Assembly (NCBI GenBank): GCA_964252035.1
Contig: OZ176203.1
DNA from: Podarcis erhardii
Taxonomy: Eukaryota
DNA: 64,000 nucleotides
Direction: 5' to 3' (one strand)
Part shown: positions 35,601 through 50,700 of the stretch, piece after piece
Layout of the letters: each line of letters begins with the position of its first letter
Numbering within the stretch: position 1 is the first letter of the stretch
Position numbers and translations under genes: made by a program
The notes under the pieces: generated by a model
Told to the model about the DNA's origin: nothing
Databases searched by the model: none
Seen by the model: the letters and a program-made list of their open reading frames with translations, nothing else

Positions 35601-38600
35601 TTACTGAAGGAACAGAGAGTTGGCACGAAAAATATTTCAATTGCTCCTCCAAAACTAGATCCAAAGTTCTTAAGCAACAGCACTTCTGTTACAATTCAAG
35701 CTTGCATGTACCCCAAACTTCTACTGTATAAGAGGAGTGGCAGCTAACAGAGAAAGTCTAGCACAGGAGGAAACCAAATGCCTAGCAGCAGTTCATTTTA
35801 CTAACTAGTGAATCAGAAGCACTTGAGACCGCACATACACACAAAGGGGAAGTTCTCCAATGAGAATTCCCTGTGTGGTCACAAACTCATAACCACCTCC
35901 ATTGTATGTGAATTACTTATACGAATCAGAGACTCACCCTGGTATCTTTTAAAGCATATTCAATTCCATCTTGGTGCTGGTGCATTTGATCTACATGGAT
36001 TCGCCAGTCCTGCAAGTTAAATAAAAAGGCTTTATACAAGTGATATGCAAGCTTGTACTTTACTTCAGACCTGTCAAATCATGGCTTAGCAAGTTTGTGG
36101 CATACTTGTCTGCAGATTGTTGTTTGTGACGATTCTTGTTCCAGAAATAATTCTAGCCGAGTTCTCTGAACACTGACATTGATTCCAACTCCACTCCTTC
36201 TGATACAAGAAAAGAGGTTGAGATTGCATTTACTATGCAATCAAAACCTTCATTACAGCCTTCACTACAGAATAGTTCAAGTTTAGCACTGGCAGAATTT
36301 TAATCACTTTAAAACAACATACTAATTGTATGTTGTACCAGCACCAAGAGATCTCTGAAGGGAAAAGGACTGGCCAAGAGTAACACACAGCAGGCAGCAT
36401 AAGAGAAGCTCTCCCAGACATAGGAGATGGATGCATATGGACAATCGTCAGATCAAAATAACCAGATAGAACTATGCTGTGTTGGAGATATCCGAATGTA
36501 CTAGCTAGAGAAGTGAGAGAAGAAGAATAAAGGGGTTGCACAGCTTCTCTAAGAAGCCTCAATGTGTATTACAACACTTTAGTCTTACAACAAGTCATCA
36601 CATTAAGATACAGACTGCTAGTGCCCTCCATAGCTCAGTGGAAATATGAACCTAGATTTCTTATCTCCAAGCTCAACACTCTAGTCATTGTGCCACAATA
36701 GATGAACTTGTGTGAAACACAAAAACAAGAAGCTTACACTTCTCTCAAACAGCAGATGAGGCGTATAAGTCTGTGTCAAAGCTGAATACTCCTTGACTGT
36801 AAATAAAATTTCTCTATACTTAGGTAGAAGGCTAGGCTAAACCTAGAGATTTTTTGTATTTAGCAGCATTCAATCATGCTCACACACCCCTGTACACCAA
36901 CCTGCACTCCTAAGTGGGACAGGTCAAACACAGGTTGACCACCTCATGTCCTGTTTATGAAAACAAGGTCTCTCAGGAGGAAGCGGAGACTGAGGGAAAT
37001 AACCCAAGGAGTCATTTCAGGCTTAAGAGGAGGAATCCTTATAGCAACAGGGAAGCTACCAGATTTTAGCAGATGTACTTTGGAGAGTATGTGGAAGAAA
37101 GAAGAGCAAGACAAGAACTGTATTTGTTGAAAGAGTGAGGTGAAATTAGAGAATAATCCCTGTAAAATCTGAAATTTTTACTCTGCTGCTGTCATAGTTT
37201 TCTATAGACTGTGAGAAGATGTAAACTGATTTCAGCACTTTTAATTTGGTTATTTTATCTCTATTTTTTCTATCTACATTAATTGCAGCAACCATGAAAA
37301 CTGTAGAGGTGCATGCTAAGAAGTAAGCTTGTATTTTTATATGTTTGAGAAACAGCATCAGTCGCCTGGCATCATATGGGATATGAGAGGAGTATCTAAA
37401 GACAATCCCAAGGTTTTGATGCCTTCCAGACAGGATGTGGGGGGAAAGATGGAGGAAAACAATTTGGATAAGAAGAGCTCCATCTTCAGAAAGTTCAGTT
37501 TGGAAAAACCCATCAAGGAATCCTGAGTAAATGTTAGCAATACATTTAAACGTAGCTAGATAGAAGTGAAAAGTTACATGTAGGTGGATAAATGACGGTA
37601 ATTATACTCATGTATATGGATGAATACAGCCAGAGTGTTCGTGTTGAAGAAGGAGAGTAGAACCCTGACAGATTCCAATGAAGTCTTACAAGTGTGAACA
37701 GAAAAATTCAGTCACGTGTGTGTGTATAATACACAAACTGCAGAGCGATCAATACTACTAAAGACAGCTGAATCCAAAAAGAATACAGATGAAAAAGAGG
37801 CCCTAAGATTTGGCAGTAATAAAATCAACAGGAATCCCTGATGGCTTACACTTTGCTTGAAGCAAAACAGATGCTATAAGCAGAGAACTAGATGGAGACT
37901 GGAGGGCTACACCGGGAGAAAGCTGATATAGCAAAATGGGGGCAGTAGAGCTCACCACAAAATGCAGAAGTCAAAGATGGTTTGATGCCAACTGTCCAAC
38001 AGTGGGACTAATTTGAAGACAGCATCATTAAAAGCTGCTCTCCTCAGGAGAGGCTTAACCAACATAAATCTGAACATCCAAAGCATGGGTAGTCAACATT
38101 GTGCTCACCAGATGTGGACAACTCCCTTCATCTCTGATTAGTGGCTATGCTGGCTGAGATTAATGTGGTTTGTGGTCCACAACACCTGGAGGGCACTACA
38201 TTAGCTACCCCAATCTAATGTTTAGGTAGTTGAGGGAATCCATTTAATGCCCTCCTAAAAACTATTTGTTTATACATCTGCACCACTTTCAATAGGATCA
38301 TTACATCTAAAAACTGTACAAACATGTTTATGCTGGGTTTCAAGTACTTTGCTTGTAGACACTAATCTATTTTAAGTGCTCAAATGTCAAGTAGCTTTAA
38401 AATAGCACTTCACATCGAACTGTGAAATTTTGCAGAAGAAAAGGCAACTAGGATCTCTAAATCAGATTTGGAAATGACTGTTTATAGTCATTTATAATGT
38501 GTTGATTACAGTCTTGCCCTTTAAAAAAACACAAGGGAAGGTCATTCCAGGAATCTGGGTTACTGCATTAGCAGCAGCACTATAGATATTTATCTATCTA

Positions 38601-39058
38601 TTGCATTTATATCCCACCTTTTCCTCCAACGAGTTCTCTCCACCCTTATTTAACCCCCACAACAACATGAAGTAAGTTAGGCTGAGAGGCAAGGTCACCC
38701 AGTGCGCTTCAAGGCTGAGAGGGGATTTAGCACTGGTCTTCCAAGTCCTAGTCTGACACTCCAACCACTACAAAACACTGTCGTTACTCACCTTATTATC
38801 AGTTCTGATTGTGACTTTCAACTGTGGTAGCACCCGTTCCACTTCAAGGTTCCACTCAGCTGCATCTACTGTGGATTCTAAAATCTCTTCTTGCTTTGAT
38901 TCAATCATATCCTATCAATAAGTTTACATTATGCACATCAGCAAATGATGAAACTGCAAAATGCAGTAATACCAGAGAGAACACAAATTTCAAAACCTGC
39001 AGTGCCAGCACAAACATTGAAGATGATGCATACCAACATTTAAATAACTACTAACTCA

Positions 39059-39099
<41 letters not shown>

Positions 39100-41715
39100 C
39101 ACCCATCTGACTGGGTTGCCCTGACCACTCTGGGTGGCTCCCAACAAAATATTTCAAACACAATAAAACCTCAAACATTAAAAATCTCCCTGTACAGATG
39201 TCTCCTTTGCCACTGCTTGTAAAAGCCATCAAATAATTAACATGAGGAAACTCTTGAAATTAACTTTTGTATTACTTAAGCACAAATTATAATGCTAGTT
39301 TGATAAGTTAGCATGTGTATACTTGATTTGTAAGAAAGTAAACATAAGAGTAATACTACAATGATGTCTTTAAAGACTCTATGCGATGCATAATTCATTG
39401 TGCATTCTATTATTATAGTCAAATTAAACATTGACTGAAATTGTTAACACAGTCAAGATGCAATTCATAACTACTACTGAGAAGTTGTAGAATTTATGGT
39501 ACATAGAATTAATGGTATATTGTAGAATTTATGGTATATGGTAGATGGACTAAGCTGTCATGTGTGCTTCCAATGATGCATTAAGTGAAACTCAAATTGC
39601 ATGCTGAGGCTTTCCACATCTACTAACTCTTGTGCTACACACACACACACAGGCAAATGGCTTGAAGAGTGTGGACATCCTTCAAAGGATTGTGAAAAGC
39701 TGTACACAGCGATGCAGCAGCAATGGGCACCATGAATGAGCAGAAGTGTCTTTCACTTGCACAACAGCACAATGTGAATTGAAGAGCAAGAACACTTACC
39801 GATTTGTAAGTTTGTGCCTTCAAAACGTTCAGATCAATGTAGTTTTCTTCATTATCTGTCTCTTCTTCCTTAAGAACATAAAAAATATTGTTCAGCAAAA
39901 AATGCAGGATTGTGTTTTAAAAACAGTTTCTGAACTGCATCACAACCGTTGCCAAAGGAAAAATGAAAAATTGTATTATGTACTGACCCTGGGATAGCTC
40001 AATCAGTACAGCATGAGACTTAATCACAGGGTTGTGGGGTCAAGCCCCATGCTGGGCAAAAAGATTCTTGCATTGCAGTGCACTAGATGACACTTGTGGT
40101 CTCTTCCAACTCAACAATTCTGTGATTCTACTACCCATGGAGCTTTTTAGGAGAACCACTCTTTTGGCACTAGCTACCACAACCGCATTGCCCCCCTTGC
40201 GTTAAAACATCGCTGGTGGTTGGCTCACACAATAAATTTTGCTCCATGTATGAGCAATTCTGGACACCCACCGTACATGTATTTACATGAACAAGGCAAC
40301 ATGGCAAGGAAACTGAGCAATCATGGAGGCAGCAGGCAGAAATTCCTATGATTATGACAGCTGGAAAATTGCTGCCACATTAACATGAACTGTTGCAAGC
40401 TGTATCAGTCCTTTTCCTTCTATATACTAGCTTTTGGTTCATGCAAGCATGTGCCACAGAATGGTGTGGACTGCTAATATACAGTACAAAACATATAGCA
40501 CATTGAACCCTTTGATTTGCAGCAATTTAAACTAGAATTTTCACAATTGTTTAGGCAACAATTCTAGCCTACTCTGCTAGTTTCTAAAGGTTTCCACCCC
40601 CCTCTGGGGCAACATGAAAAAAGGGGATCATCCAGAATGAACACTACTACCACACTCTGCCGCCATATGTAGACAAGCCTAACTGGCTTTCTAAGTGACA
40701 AATCTACTGAGCATATGTTATATCAACAAAATATTCAGACTAGACTGCTACTTTCTCTGACTGACTATTTACACTTCTTAATTCAAGACAGTGCTACAGA
40801 GCTAACCATACTCATAAGCCTTTCATGTGGAACACAAAATTATTCCTTTACCTCATTTCCACTTCGTAAGAAAAGTGTCTTCACATTTAACAATGAAATT
40901 AATGTCAACAAAAAATTACCTATACCTACCGCAATTACTTCTTCCACTTTATTAAGGGTCAGTTCAGCATCATCTTCTGTTATTGCTTCTTCTTCTAGCT
41001 CCTCTGTTGGATATGTTGCTCTAAAACAATGAATGCATGCCTCTGAGAATGTTATGACAGATATAGACAGACAGACAGCTAATGTAAAAATGCAGCTGTT
41101 TTGAAAGCAATGCGAGGCAGTGATATGGGATAGAAAAATCTTCTGCTGCTATATTTTCTGTGGAAAGTTTCTAAAAATGCATTGTTTCATAAAATGAATT
41201 TGAAAAATATGATATCCATCAAATAGGGCAATTTAAAAGTTGTAATTAAGTTTTTCAGATGTTTATGCCTAGGAAGCATCTATGCAAATACAATAAACAT
41301 AAATGTATGGCTCTTTTGAGTGTACTAAAATCAGTATGTTAATAGCTCCAGTGCTTTAATTTCTTTTACTTAGAAATCTAAATAATATAAGAAAAGTGTA
41401 TGCTATTGAATGGCCATGCCTTAAATTTTTTACAAGCATTGGGGGGGGGGGGGTTACCAAGCAAAGCATTGAGTTGGTTTGAATATAATGTTTAAACTAA
41501 ATTGGTTTCTTCTCTTAATCAAATACTTCAGTTTAAATACATGGGGCTATTGGAAAGCTCCGAGATATTTATGCAGCATGTAAAATTAAAGTAATATGCT
41601 ATAGTTTTATATTAGTTATAAGTCAAACACGCCAGCCGAGCAACGCTAACTCCCAATCCGCATTGCCAGAGGGGTGTGTGTGTGTGTAGGTTTGCTCTTA
41701 GCTATCTCTGCTGGG

Positions 41716-41748
<33 letters not shown>

Positions 41749-44700
41749 ACATGCTCCCCCAGTGCACAGGGTTCGCTGCATTCATTAAAAGCACAGGCTG
41801 CTGACAGGCCACTACTGGTGTAAGGGCCTGAAACAGGCTGTGAGGGGGTAGAGCAGGGCCAGCCATGGATCTGCCTGGATCCTAAGCTACTCCAGTCCTG
41901 TCTGCTGCGTCAGCCTGGACCCGGTGAAGCAAAATCTGGGTATAATACTCCCCGCTTTGCACTCTGGCTGGTGGGAGCAATAGGGCTTTGGATGCAGCTG
42001 TGGGTCTGCCACTCCTTACAGCCCACTGTTCTCTGGTTAGGAGTTAGGATTGCTCCCTAAATCATATTCTGATTTAGAGCATTGGGAGGCCCATTATTAT
42101 TATTTTTTAAACATGCTGGCCTGCTTTGGGCCATGGTGTTGAACCAGGACCTTTCAAAGGCTGAGTCCTCCAACCACTGCAGTTCTGAGGAAGAGGTTGA
42201 TTTATTCCCATGTAGGTCTGTTGACACCAGAGCCTTCCTTAGCCCTGAGAAGAGACCTTTGCCACCAAATTTGGATGGCAAGACTGTAGATTCCCATGGG
42301 ATCAAGAGAGTCTTGGAAGATCACCACAGCTGGAAATTCTGTTACCCCAAAGGAACAATCGGCTGCAGCAAAAGGCACCAATCTTTTAACTAGCCCGTAG
42401 GCAGCACTCGTGGGGGTGGAGCCTCCAGTCAATGACTACCTAGCCCTGCTGTAAAACCCAGTCAGTTGCTTCAGGGTATCAGTGAAACAGCTTGGAGGTT
42501 TTGGTTTCACTGGCAAGAGCACTATCCATGATATTGAACCCACACTTTGGATTAACTCCAAAGTGGCTTTGGAACAGGAGACTACTGACCTTCCCTTGCT
42601 TAGGCCATCACCTTAGTGGTGGGTTTCCATTTTAGAATAACAGTGATTAACTTTTTGTGCTTCTGAAAGCTCACAGGGAAAAGGGAAACAAAAGCAGCTA
42701 GTTTGAAATCCGCATATAAATATTTCTATGCAATGCTCAACATTGCTCTTTTGCTATGAGTCACTGTTATTTTGAGAGGTGACGGAGACACCTGTTGTTG
42801 GGTGGGGGGGAATCCAGCCCATGTCATGTTAATTTTCATCAAATTCAAGTAAAGGTAAAGGTACCCCTGACCATTAGGTCCAGTCGTGGACAACTCTGAG
42901 GTTGCAGCGCTCATCTCACTCTATAGGCCGAGGGAGCCGGCGTTTGTCCGCAGACAGCTTCCGGATCATGTGGCCAGCATGACTAAACCGCTTCTGGCAA
43001 ACCACAGCAGCGCACGGAAACACCGTTTACCTTCCCGCCAGAGCGGTACCTATTTATCTACTTGCACTTGACATGCTTTCAAACTGCTAGGTAAGCAGGA
43101 GCTAGGTCCAAACAATGGGAGCTCACTCCGTCGCGGGGATTTGAACCGCCGACCTTCGGATCGGCAAGCCCTAGGCTCTGTGGTTTAGACCACAACGCCA
43201 CCCGCGTCCCTAAATTCAAGTACAATCCATTAAAAACAACATTTGTGGGATATCTGTTAGCCAAAACCATCAACCAATCTACACGGTGGATCATGGGAAT
43301 ATCTGCTTCTTGGTTTTGGGGTTTATTTAAGTTTGCAGTACTTGCAGTTGCCAATAAAATATTGAAAATTTAAACCAATTTGTTCATGTTTGGTATATTT
43401 GACTTCTTCTGCATGCATCTTTAAATGATACTTTGTTCCCCCCCCCCCCGCCTCTTTTTTAATGTGTACACCACTTTCACTGTCTCTGCATGGCCTGGTA
43501 TACATTGCCTGGTATGTATTGCTGCAGCTTGCCTTTAACTATTATAGTATTGTAGCTATTTTGTATTTTAATGGCACTTGTACTGCAATCTTTTTGTAAA
43601 TGGTTTTTTATACTGTAGTTTAAATGCTTTGTACATCATTTTTACTACCCTGGTATGAAAGAGGCAAAGAAACATATTAAATAAGATCTGGTGTGTGTGT
43701 GTATCTGTAACTGAATGAGGCTGACAAATGTTATCATTTCCCCAGAGAAGGAAGGGAGAAGACATTGAGAAACAGTGTGACCTGCCTAGTAAGCTTGGCA
43801 CTGAGCAGAGATTTGAAATCAGAACCTACAACTCATGTTCTTAAGCACTGCCTTACAGCAGCACTTGTGATGCTATGAGCACTAGTTGTTTGTTTGCAGA
43901 GCTGTGGCTACAGTGCGTGTGGGTCTTGGGCATGGACATGCCGGATTCAAGTCTCTGCTCAATATTTCCACATAAAGGTATTGAAGCAAGCAAGTCTATC
44001 TCAGCCCGAACCTATCCCACAGGGTTATTGAGACAATAAAATGAGACAACCCAATATGCTCCACTTAAAGTTCCTTGAAGGAAGGGTGGGCTAAAAATTT
44101 GAGAGATAAGACAGTCGTGGAAATAGGTGTTCTTGCTAGGGAGAGCACTACAGTTTAACAGCATCAAAAATACTATGATTCACATGGTAGGAAAACAAAA
44201 CATATATGTAATAGAGCCTCCAACTGAGTAAAAAGTGCAGACTGACTGTGAAAACATACAAGAACAAAAACTAAAGTGGTGTGGAAACTTAGGCATGTAT
44301 CTCAAAAGACAGCATTAGAAGATGATAGTTGGAAATGACCTGCTTGCATTGCTCTGGCTCTCTCATTTTATACAATTAATGCCTGAATTCCCGGAAAAGA
44401 AGAAATGTAAGAGATTATCTTGTTAGGATACCTTTTCCATGCAAAGGATGTGTATTTTAAGGCTTCTTCAGCTAAACAATCAAGAACATAGCATGCCTGC
44501 TCTCCATAACCTGCCTTTAACTTTGAAGGAGGAAAATCCACAGATCTGCCCTAAAACAAAGATAGATATCATTACCAGAAATGCAAACTCATTACATCTA
44601 CTAACTACATTTCTTCATTCACAAAGGAGTTGTTTGAGTGTGTGTGTGGACACAGCACCAAGAAGCAAAAGTTTATGTGAGTGAGTCATCGTGTGATGTC

Positions 44701-47700
44701 CGAATTGACAAGTCATAGTTACGGCCATCACTGTGCCTCCAGAAGCTTGCTGCACCATGAAAGAAAATTAAAACATAGTTCTAAAGTATGTTTGTCTGCT
44801 GTACATTTGGAATTGCAACGCATGATCTCAGTTTCAAGCTATGGTTAATTCCAACCACATTTTGATATATTGTTTACATGTAGCCAGAGGATCACTTAAC
44901 ACATGAAAAAGCGTCTGCTCGGGCTTTGTTTCGAAGAACTGAAAACAGCATGAGAATAAAAAATTATATTCAGAACCAACTCCCACACCCACTTATTAGA
45001 AGCAACACTGAAATGAACTGGTGTTAATCACTCCCATACAAAGCAACTGCTGTTGCATCCACCCACCTGCTCCAGCGGAGAGACAGAATCACTCTTGTTC
45101 AGGAGGAGGCGGATGACAAGGCCCTGTCACTTTTTCCACCCTGCAACTCTATGATATGACAAATTGCACCTGCTGAGGTTCCCTCTTCCACACAACTATT
45201 CAAGGAGCAGGAACTAGTCCTGTCTTCCAACTGGTTGTCCTAACAGTAATAGTGTGGTTTGGGTCTATTTTCTAAGAAAACTAATCATTTAGTCAAACTC
45301 TGTATCAGAACATGCACACACATTAGTGCAAAAGCTTTCAAGAAACAAAGTAAGAGAAGAGAAGCTCAATTCTTAGTCACCTTCCCTTTAAAAATATAAA
45401 TTCAACTGCAGTATGCAAGCATCTCTGCCGTGTTTTCATTTCCATTTGATCCTTAAAAACAATACCATTTTTCTCTCCTCTCTTTAATTCCAAAATCTTC
45501 AGTAATCCAAAATGCAGCCGACCCAATAGAAACTCAGCATGATTACTTCCAAGTAAGTGAAAAGATGGGAAATGGAGTGTCAACCACAGAGCACATACAG
45601 TATGACACTTGGGTTGTATTGATGAACTTGGGTGTTTGACAATCATGATTTAAAATCAGCCCAACCACACATGATAATAGTAACAAAACATATCCCTGGT
45701 CCTAGACCATGGTCTGCAAAACAATTGTAGCTGTTTAAAAATCAATATAGTTCTACTTAAGGATCAGGTAGAAAGAACTAGCATATAAGTCACCTACAAA
45801 GTGATTATGACAGACCAAAAAATTTCAGATACACACAAGATATGATCCACTTACAAATGACCGCAGTTCTGATAGTATGCTAGATATTGTTGCATTTGGG
45901 TCATCGTATTCCTGCGGCTGCTCAAAAGGATGCCCTGCTTTATTAATTAGCCAGGCAGCAAGGGTGCAGAACATGTAGAATTGTTCACCTGGGTTAATGG
46001 GCAGTGCAAAGTAGTGCCTGTTTTAAAAGGGAAAAAACAAAAAACAAAGATTAGCCTCCCTATCTTGAAAAATCTTGTCCTTCTAGCTAACAGAACTTAT
46101 CTGTATTACTATAACCCTCTATGCCCCCAAATTGCTTTTCTCAACGATGACATTAGGGCTGGTATTTCACTGACAAGCAATTTCCCCGAAAGATGTGCTA
46201 TTTTCTTTGCAGTACTTTCAAAATGTTATGCCATAACGAGCCATGACTTCCATTGTGTATGTACACCCTGCAGATAATTAATTTGAGTCAAAAGCTGTAA
46301 ATGCAATTCTCAAGAATATTAAAGCTGCACTTGAGAGTTCAAAAGGGATTTGATTATCAGGTAGTTTATAAAACTTTTTGCAGCTTGACCTTCTATGGAA
46401 GTACACAGCAGTTCAGACGAACGCACAATACTTTGTATCGTCAATAAAACAGAAATTTACTTTAGAAATATTGTTACACATAAGAAATGTTCAAATTGGG
46501 GCGTGAGGGGCACATTTGTTGGGCGCCGTCTGTCTTGAGAGACAGAGAATGTGCCCCTGGTGGTCAAGGCAAGCCACTGTGTTAGAAGCACCAAAGTGAC
46601 CTTCCTGGACAGTACTGTGTATGGAGGTCCTGGGCTGCCCCAATGACAAGACTTCCCTCTCAGCCGATGTGGTCCAAAAGAAAGAAGAGTTATACATCTG
46701 GCACCAGCTTGATGGCAGGAGTTGCCAGAAGGAGGCGTACAAGGTGCCATTCAACCGTCTTAGGGACTCCACTCAAATCTGTGTAGGGTCTATTCCTCAG
46801 CCTTTTCTTCTCCCGAAGATATCCCACAAGGCAGCAGAGGTTTAGGATGAGAATTTTCCTTCTCCTAGATGGGCTACACTCCCAGGCTGATGAGCCCCAT
46901 CTGTCCAACATTTCCCTCTGCAGCACATGCAGAGACTGCCTTCTTGACCACTGGACCCACTATTGATTTTGTCCGCTCGATCCACCAGAGGCCTGTGTTT
47001 GCATGCAGAGAAAGGTCCTAACTCACTGAGGGTTTGAGACCCTTCGGGTTCCCCCATCTGGTTTAGTTGGCCAGTCAAAAGCATTCTCAGGGTGTGGCCA
47101 CTGTCGCATGTTGACAGATTCTAAGAGCCACAAGTGAGAGCTGAGTGCAGGGTGGGGACCAAAGGTGGACAAGCTATCCCCAAAGCAGCATTTTCTACCC
47201 TTCCCCTAACACCCCATACAGGTATCATTTCCTAAACTACAGTGTCCACAATTTACAAAGCAAAAAGAGATTAAATTTGGCCAACAAACCCTCCTATCTT
47301 AAAATTAAGTTCTATCTGCTAAGTTCAAACAGCAGCTTTGGAAGTATTTTGAAAAACCTGTTATTTTAGCTCACTTATGGATGCCAAGGTGATGGACAGT
47401 TGATTAATTTAGTACTAGTGACTATTTAAGGTATTCATTTAATGTTAACAGAGTATTTATATTTGTTTTAAAAATCTACTGTTACCAAGTCTAGGCCTTC
47501 AACATGGAGGATCCTAGAAACTTAAACAAGCAGAATGAAAAAAGAACAACATATTAAAACTCTTTAACAAAAATGAGGAAACAAAAGATATCACAAACAG
47601 GGAACATTAATATTAACAGAAAGCCCTGCTAATGGAATGTTTGGAGACAGCATACCAGAGGCTACGGATCTACAGATCCAAAGCTCTCAGGTCCCCTGAG

Positions 47701-50700
47701 GTTCAATAATCAAACTCCTTAGCTGTGCCACCTTGGAACTAGCACAGCAAACAATTAAACCACCAAGTGACCTTCCACCACCTGCCCTGGCCTGCATGGT
47801 TTTGAATAAGATAGTGCAGCTACTGCTTTTATTAAATAAAATGTAGTCAATACAGTGGTACCTCGGGTTAAGAACTTAATTCGCTTTGGAGGTCCATTCT
47901 TAACCTGAAACTGTTCTTAACCTGAGGTGCCACTCTAGCTAATGGGGCCTCTCACTGCTGCTGCGCAGCCGTCGCGAGATTTCTGTTCTCATCCTGAAGC
48001 AAATTTCTTAACCCGAGGTACTATTTCTGGGTTAGCGGAGTCTGTAACCTGAAGCATCTGTAAACTGAGGTACCACTGTATCATATAATATAGTGATACC
48101 TCGGTTCTCAAACGTCATCTGTTCAGAAAGCCTGTTTGGCTTCTGAAACATTTGAAAACCAAGGCATGGCTTCCCATCAATTGCAAGAGCTTCTTGCACT
48201 CAGCGGAAGCCGCATCGTACATTTGGGTTCCGAAAAATGTTCAAAAAGAGAAGCATTTGCTTCCGGGTTTCGGCGTTTGAGACCCGAAACGTATGACAAC
48301 GGAGGTGTTTGGGAACCGAGGTACCACTGTATAAGCAAGTGACACCTTTCAACATGCCAGGATTTTTCTTTTGGGGCAAGTATAAAGAGTTCTATCAACT
48401 ATAAAAACAATATGTACTTCTGTAGTGACATTCTTCCCAAGAAACAGAAACAATGACTTGTCTCTTTAGGCAATACTTTAAACTCCAAACTCCCAAATCC
48501 TGCCAGTATCTTGAGAACAGGATACTGTATAGCAATCAGTAGTATTAGGGGGCTGTATTACTTGAATCTGATTTATTCACATGCAACAATATTGATTCAA
48601 TTCTCATATTCTGAGTGTCTTAAATCTGCAATAAAAATGGATTATAATTTATTTCAAAGAATATCCAATTCGGAAAAAGAAAGTGTTTAATAACTTTACC
48701 ATTTCATTAAAAGCATTTCCAAATTAATGCAAGTTTTCTATTTAAACAGAAGTAATGAAACTGTGTGACATATCTCAGAACTGTTAATTGGTAGATCTGC
48801 CATTTTTGCCCGCAACAAACCAAGTCTGCAAATCAGCTACACCAATATGCTAGTGAATAATATTCTTTTGAAAATCTGCTAAATTTTGGCACAATCCAAA
48901 CCCTGGTTTCTGCCTGGTGGGGCTTAATGGAGCAGCAGGGCCACCCATCCCTGCTGTGCAAGCTGGCTGGGGCAGAAAGGTAGGGGAGAGCAGGCACATA
49001 TCTGTGCCAGCCTGGAGTTGGTGCAGCAATTAATCCCAGATGGGGGCTGATGCCATTACACAGACAGCAGTGAGGCTGCCTTGAGATCCAAGGAATCTGG
49101 CTCAGCCCCATGCCACCCCAACACCCTATGGGGGGGAACTTTCTAGTCACCCACCCAGTAGACAGGCAGAAAGAGGAGCTCTGAGCCAGCTGAGTGACAC
49201 TGGCATGACTCTGCAGGCAGAGGCTTGCAGGGCTGAGCAGAGGGACACCTCTCCACAATTCAACCCCCTCCTATTCTGGGGGCCTGGACTGCCCCCTTGC
49301 GTGTATGTGTGCATGATGTAGTGCAACATCAATGCTGATGCGAAATCATATTTTCTTCTGTGAGCCAGAATATTTTTTTTATTTCACAGAAGAGAATAGT
49401 TGATTTGATCTGGGTGTTATAACCTGGACTGAAGGGAGTGCATAAAGTGCAGTTTACTAGTTCAGACACCACAGGAAACTGTAGTCTTAAGAATCAAAGA
49501 AAGCTTTGACAGAAGTGGACATGGGAGGGGAGGTGGGAAGGGGCAAAAGGAGGACTACACAGCTCATTTCAAAACAAACAACTATGGTTTGTTTATCAAG
49601 TGAAGGATAATGATGTCTGGAACAAGCCAGCATCTTATTTTGCATTTTCATCAACTATGCTTTGAAAAGCCAACATGTAAAATGTAGTTGGAAGAATATA
49701 GCTCAGCAAGGTGAGAACAAAGGTTTTACCTTGCACAACACAGAAAACATTTTAATTATAGCTGAGTAGTCCTAGAAGTTGTAACTTTGATATGGATTAC
49801 ACTGATGAACAAAAAAGGACTAAAATGTGCGCAACAATAATCAACTGATGCAACGAGGTGCTTTGAAGAGCTGTTCAAGATAAAGCATCGTCTTATTCTT
49901 AACCTAAAACCTCATTCAGATAACAATTAGTTTCCGGCAGTGCAATTCCTTGTGTGTCTACACAGAAGTTCTGAGTTCAATGGGATACTCCTAGGTAAGT
50001 ATGTATAAGTCAAGTGTACTACATATATCCTCAGGTATAAAGCCTAGGAACATTTAAAAAGAAATCATGAACACAGAAACTGCAAAAATTCTACTCTGCA
50101 CAGCATTTGAGCAACATACACAAGTTCTCTGAACACAGCTTTCATCCAAACTGCAAAAGGATTGACACTAACAGTCAAGCTGGCAAAAAGCCTAATTGGC
50201 CACGCTTAAATTAAATTATTCCATGTTTACAGCCACTCTGCTAGAGTTACAAGAACAATATGAACAAATCAGGCTGATTAATGAATGAATACTATTTTGT
50301 ATTTTCTTTTATCTGTAGATGAAAAGAGTGCCACAATTTGAGGATGAAAATAAAACCCCTAAAACATGGCTTTGGTACTTCAAAGATGTAACAGACTCTA
50401 GTCAGAGCTAGAGCTTAAATTCCTGCAAAACTTTCACCAGTCACAGCACAAACAATTCTGAGCAACAATTACCCTTAAGGAGTGATCAGTAAGCCACAGT
50501 CTGATAAAGTTCACCTTTTATAACTTAAGACAATTAACTTAAGATCCATTAACAGTGTCTCCCACTAGGACCTACTATCTTTGGTGCACTAGAATTTACG
50601 GTGTATTACAGAGCAGAACAAAGAACAGGTCCAACGTTGCCTAAGGATCAGTCTTAGGGCTACAGATGAGGAAAGCGGAACAAAACAAATGGAAGCAGGG

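Noticed and set aside
42082-42393. 103-aa ORF in IFT57 intron 3 (also 24766-25089 and 61483-61773)
   Set aside because: The length is within chance expectation and there are no motifs or splice support.
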